The notes beneath the pieces are model-generated. The model was given only the letters and a program-made list of their open reading frames with translations, made no database searches and had not been told where the DNA came from. Positions 63,497 through 64,000 of a DNA stretch of 64,000 nucleotides are shown piece after piece (positions within the stretch are counted from its first letter, which is position 1; every line of letters starts with the position of its first letter). This stretch comes from Octopus sinensis (Eukaryota). The stretch lies in NCBI RefSeq assembly GCF_006345805.1, contig NC_043006.1:60016001-60080000 (forward strand). Direction: 5' to 3'. A program made the translations under genes and the position numbers.

Positions 63497-64000
63497 ATAC
63501 CCCCCCACCACCAACAACAATAGCAGTAACAGCAGCAACAACAACAAGAACACAAACATCAAGAAAGACGAAGCCCTTTTATGTTTGTTTCTCTTGCTAG
63601 AAATAACTGTGGAATATCTTTTAGCCACGCTCCCAACAGTTTCAAATAGTTCTAAAAATATTACAGCTCTATATACAACTCAAAAGAAAGATCGCACATT
63701 GACGGAAAAAAACCCCATTTCCTCACAGGCCTTCTAAGTCAGGTTTGACTCGGGGCTAAACATGAACAGCATCTGGAACAACTGCATCGACAGCAACATC
63801 AGCAACAACAACAAGGACGGCAACTTAGCAGAATCGTTATAACGATGGACAGAACACTTAACGGCTCTTTATGTTCTTAGTTGGAACCTCTTTGAGGCTA
63901 ATATTACTCTTCATCCATTTTTAATCGATAAAAGAGACTACTAGTTAAAGTACTGGAGCGAACGGGGACAACTAACTCATCTTTATATATAAAAGTGAAG

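Overview
AT-rich, microsatellite-dense animal genomic DNA. A cephalopod (Octopus-like) origin is inferred from the tRNA-SINE families and repeat landscape. Almost all long ORFs in the supplied track are microsatellite or minisatellite artefacts. Two spliced + strand genes can be rebuilt by hand with consistent GT-AG sites and intron phases. Gene 1 contributes its last 3 coding exons (104-268, 3715-3787, 9108-9193) and ends in a C-terminal transmembrane helix. Gene 2 contributes its first 8 coding exons (27913-63253, 393 codons, continuing past the window): a signal peptide followed by repeated ependymin-related/LolA-like domains. The two are probably tandem paralogues (inference). The rest is transposon debris: several SINE families, RTE, HERO-like and Tx1/L1 LINE fragments, two Penelope-like (GIY-YIG) copies, a mariner fragment, a Helitron RepHel fragment, a tandemly duplicated non-autonomous Helitron, hAT and palindromic MITEs, and two large minisatellites. 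The most notable unexplained signal is a set of type I hammerhead-ribozyme motifs in five unrelated sequence contexts. These include a tRNA-headed SINE carrying a 3' hammerhead and a sense-strand hammerhead in the intron just before gene 1's membrane-anchor exon. A ~3.6 kb intronic satellite whose unit contains a near-consensus heat-shock element is also of interest.
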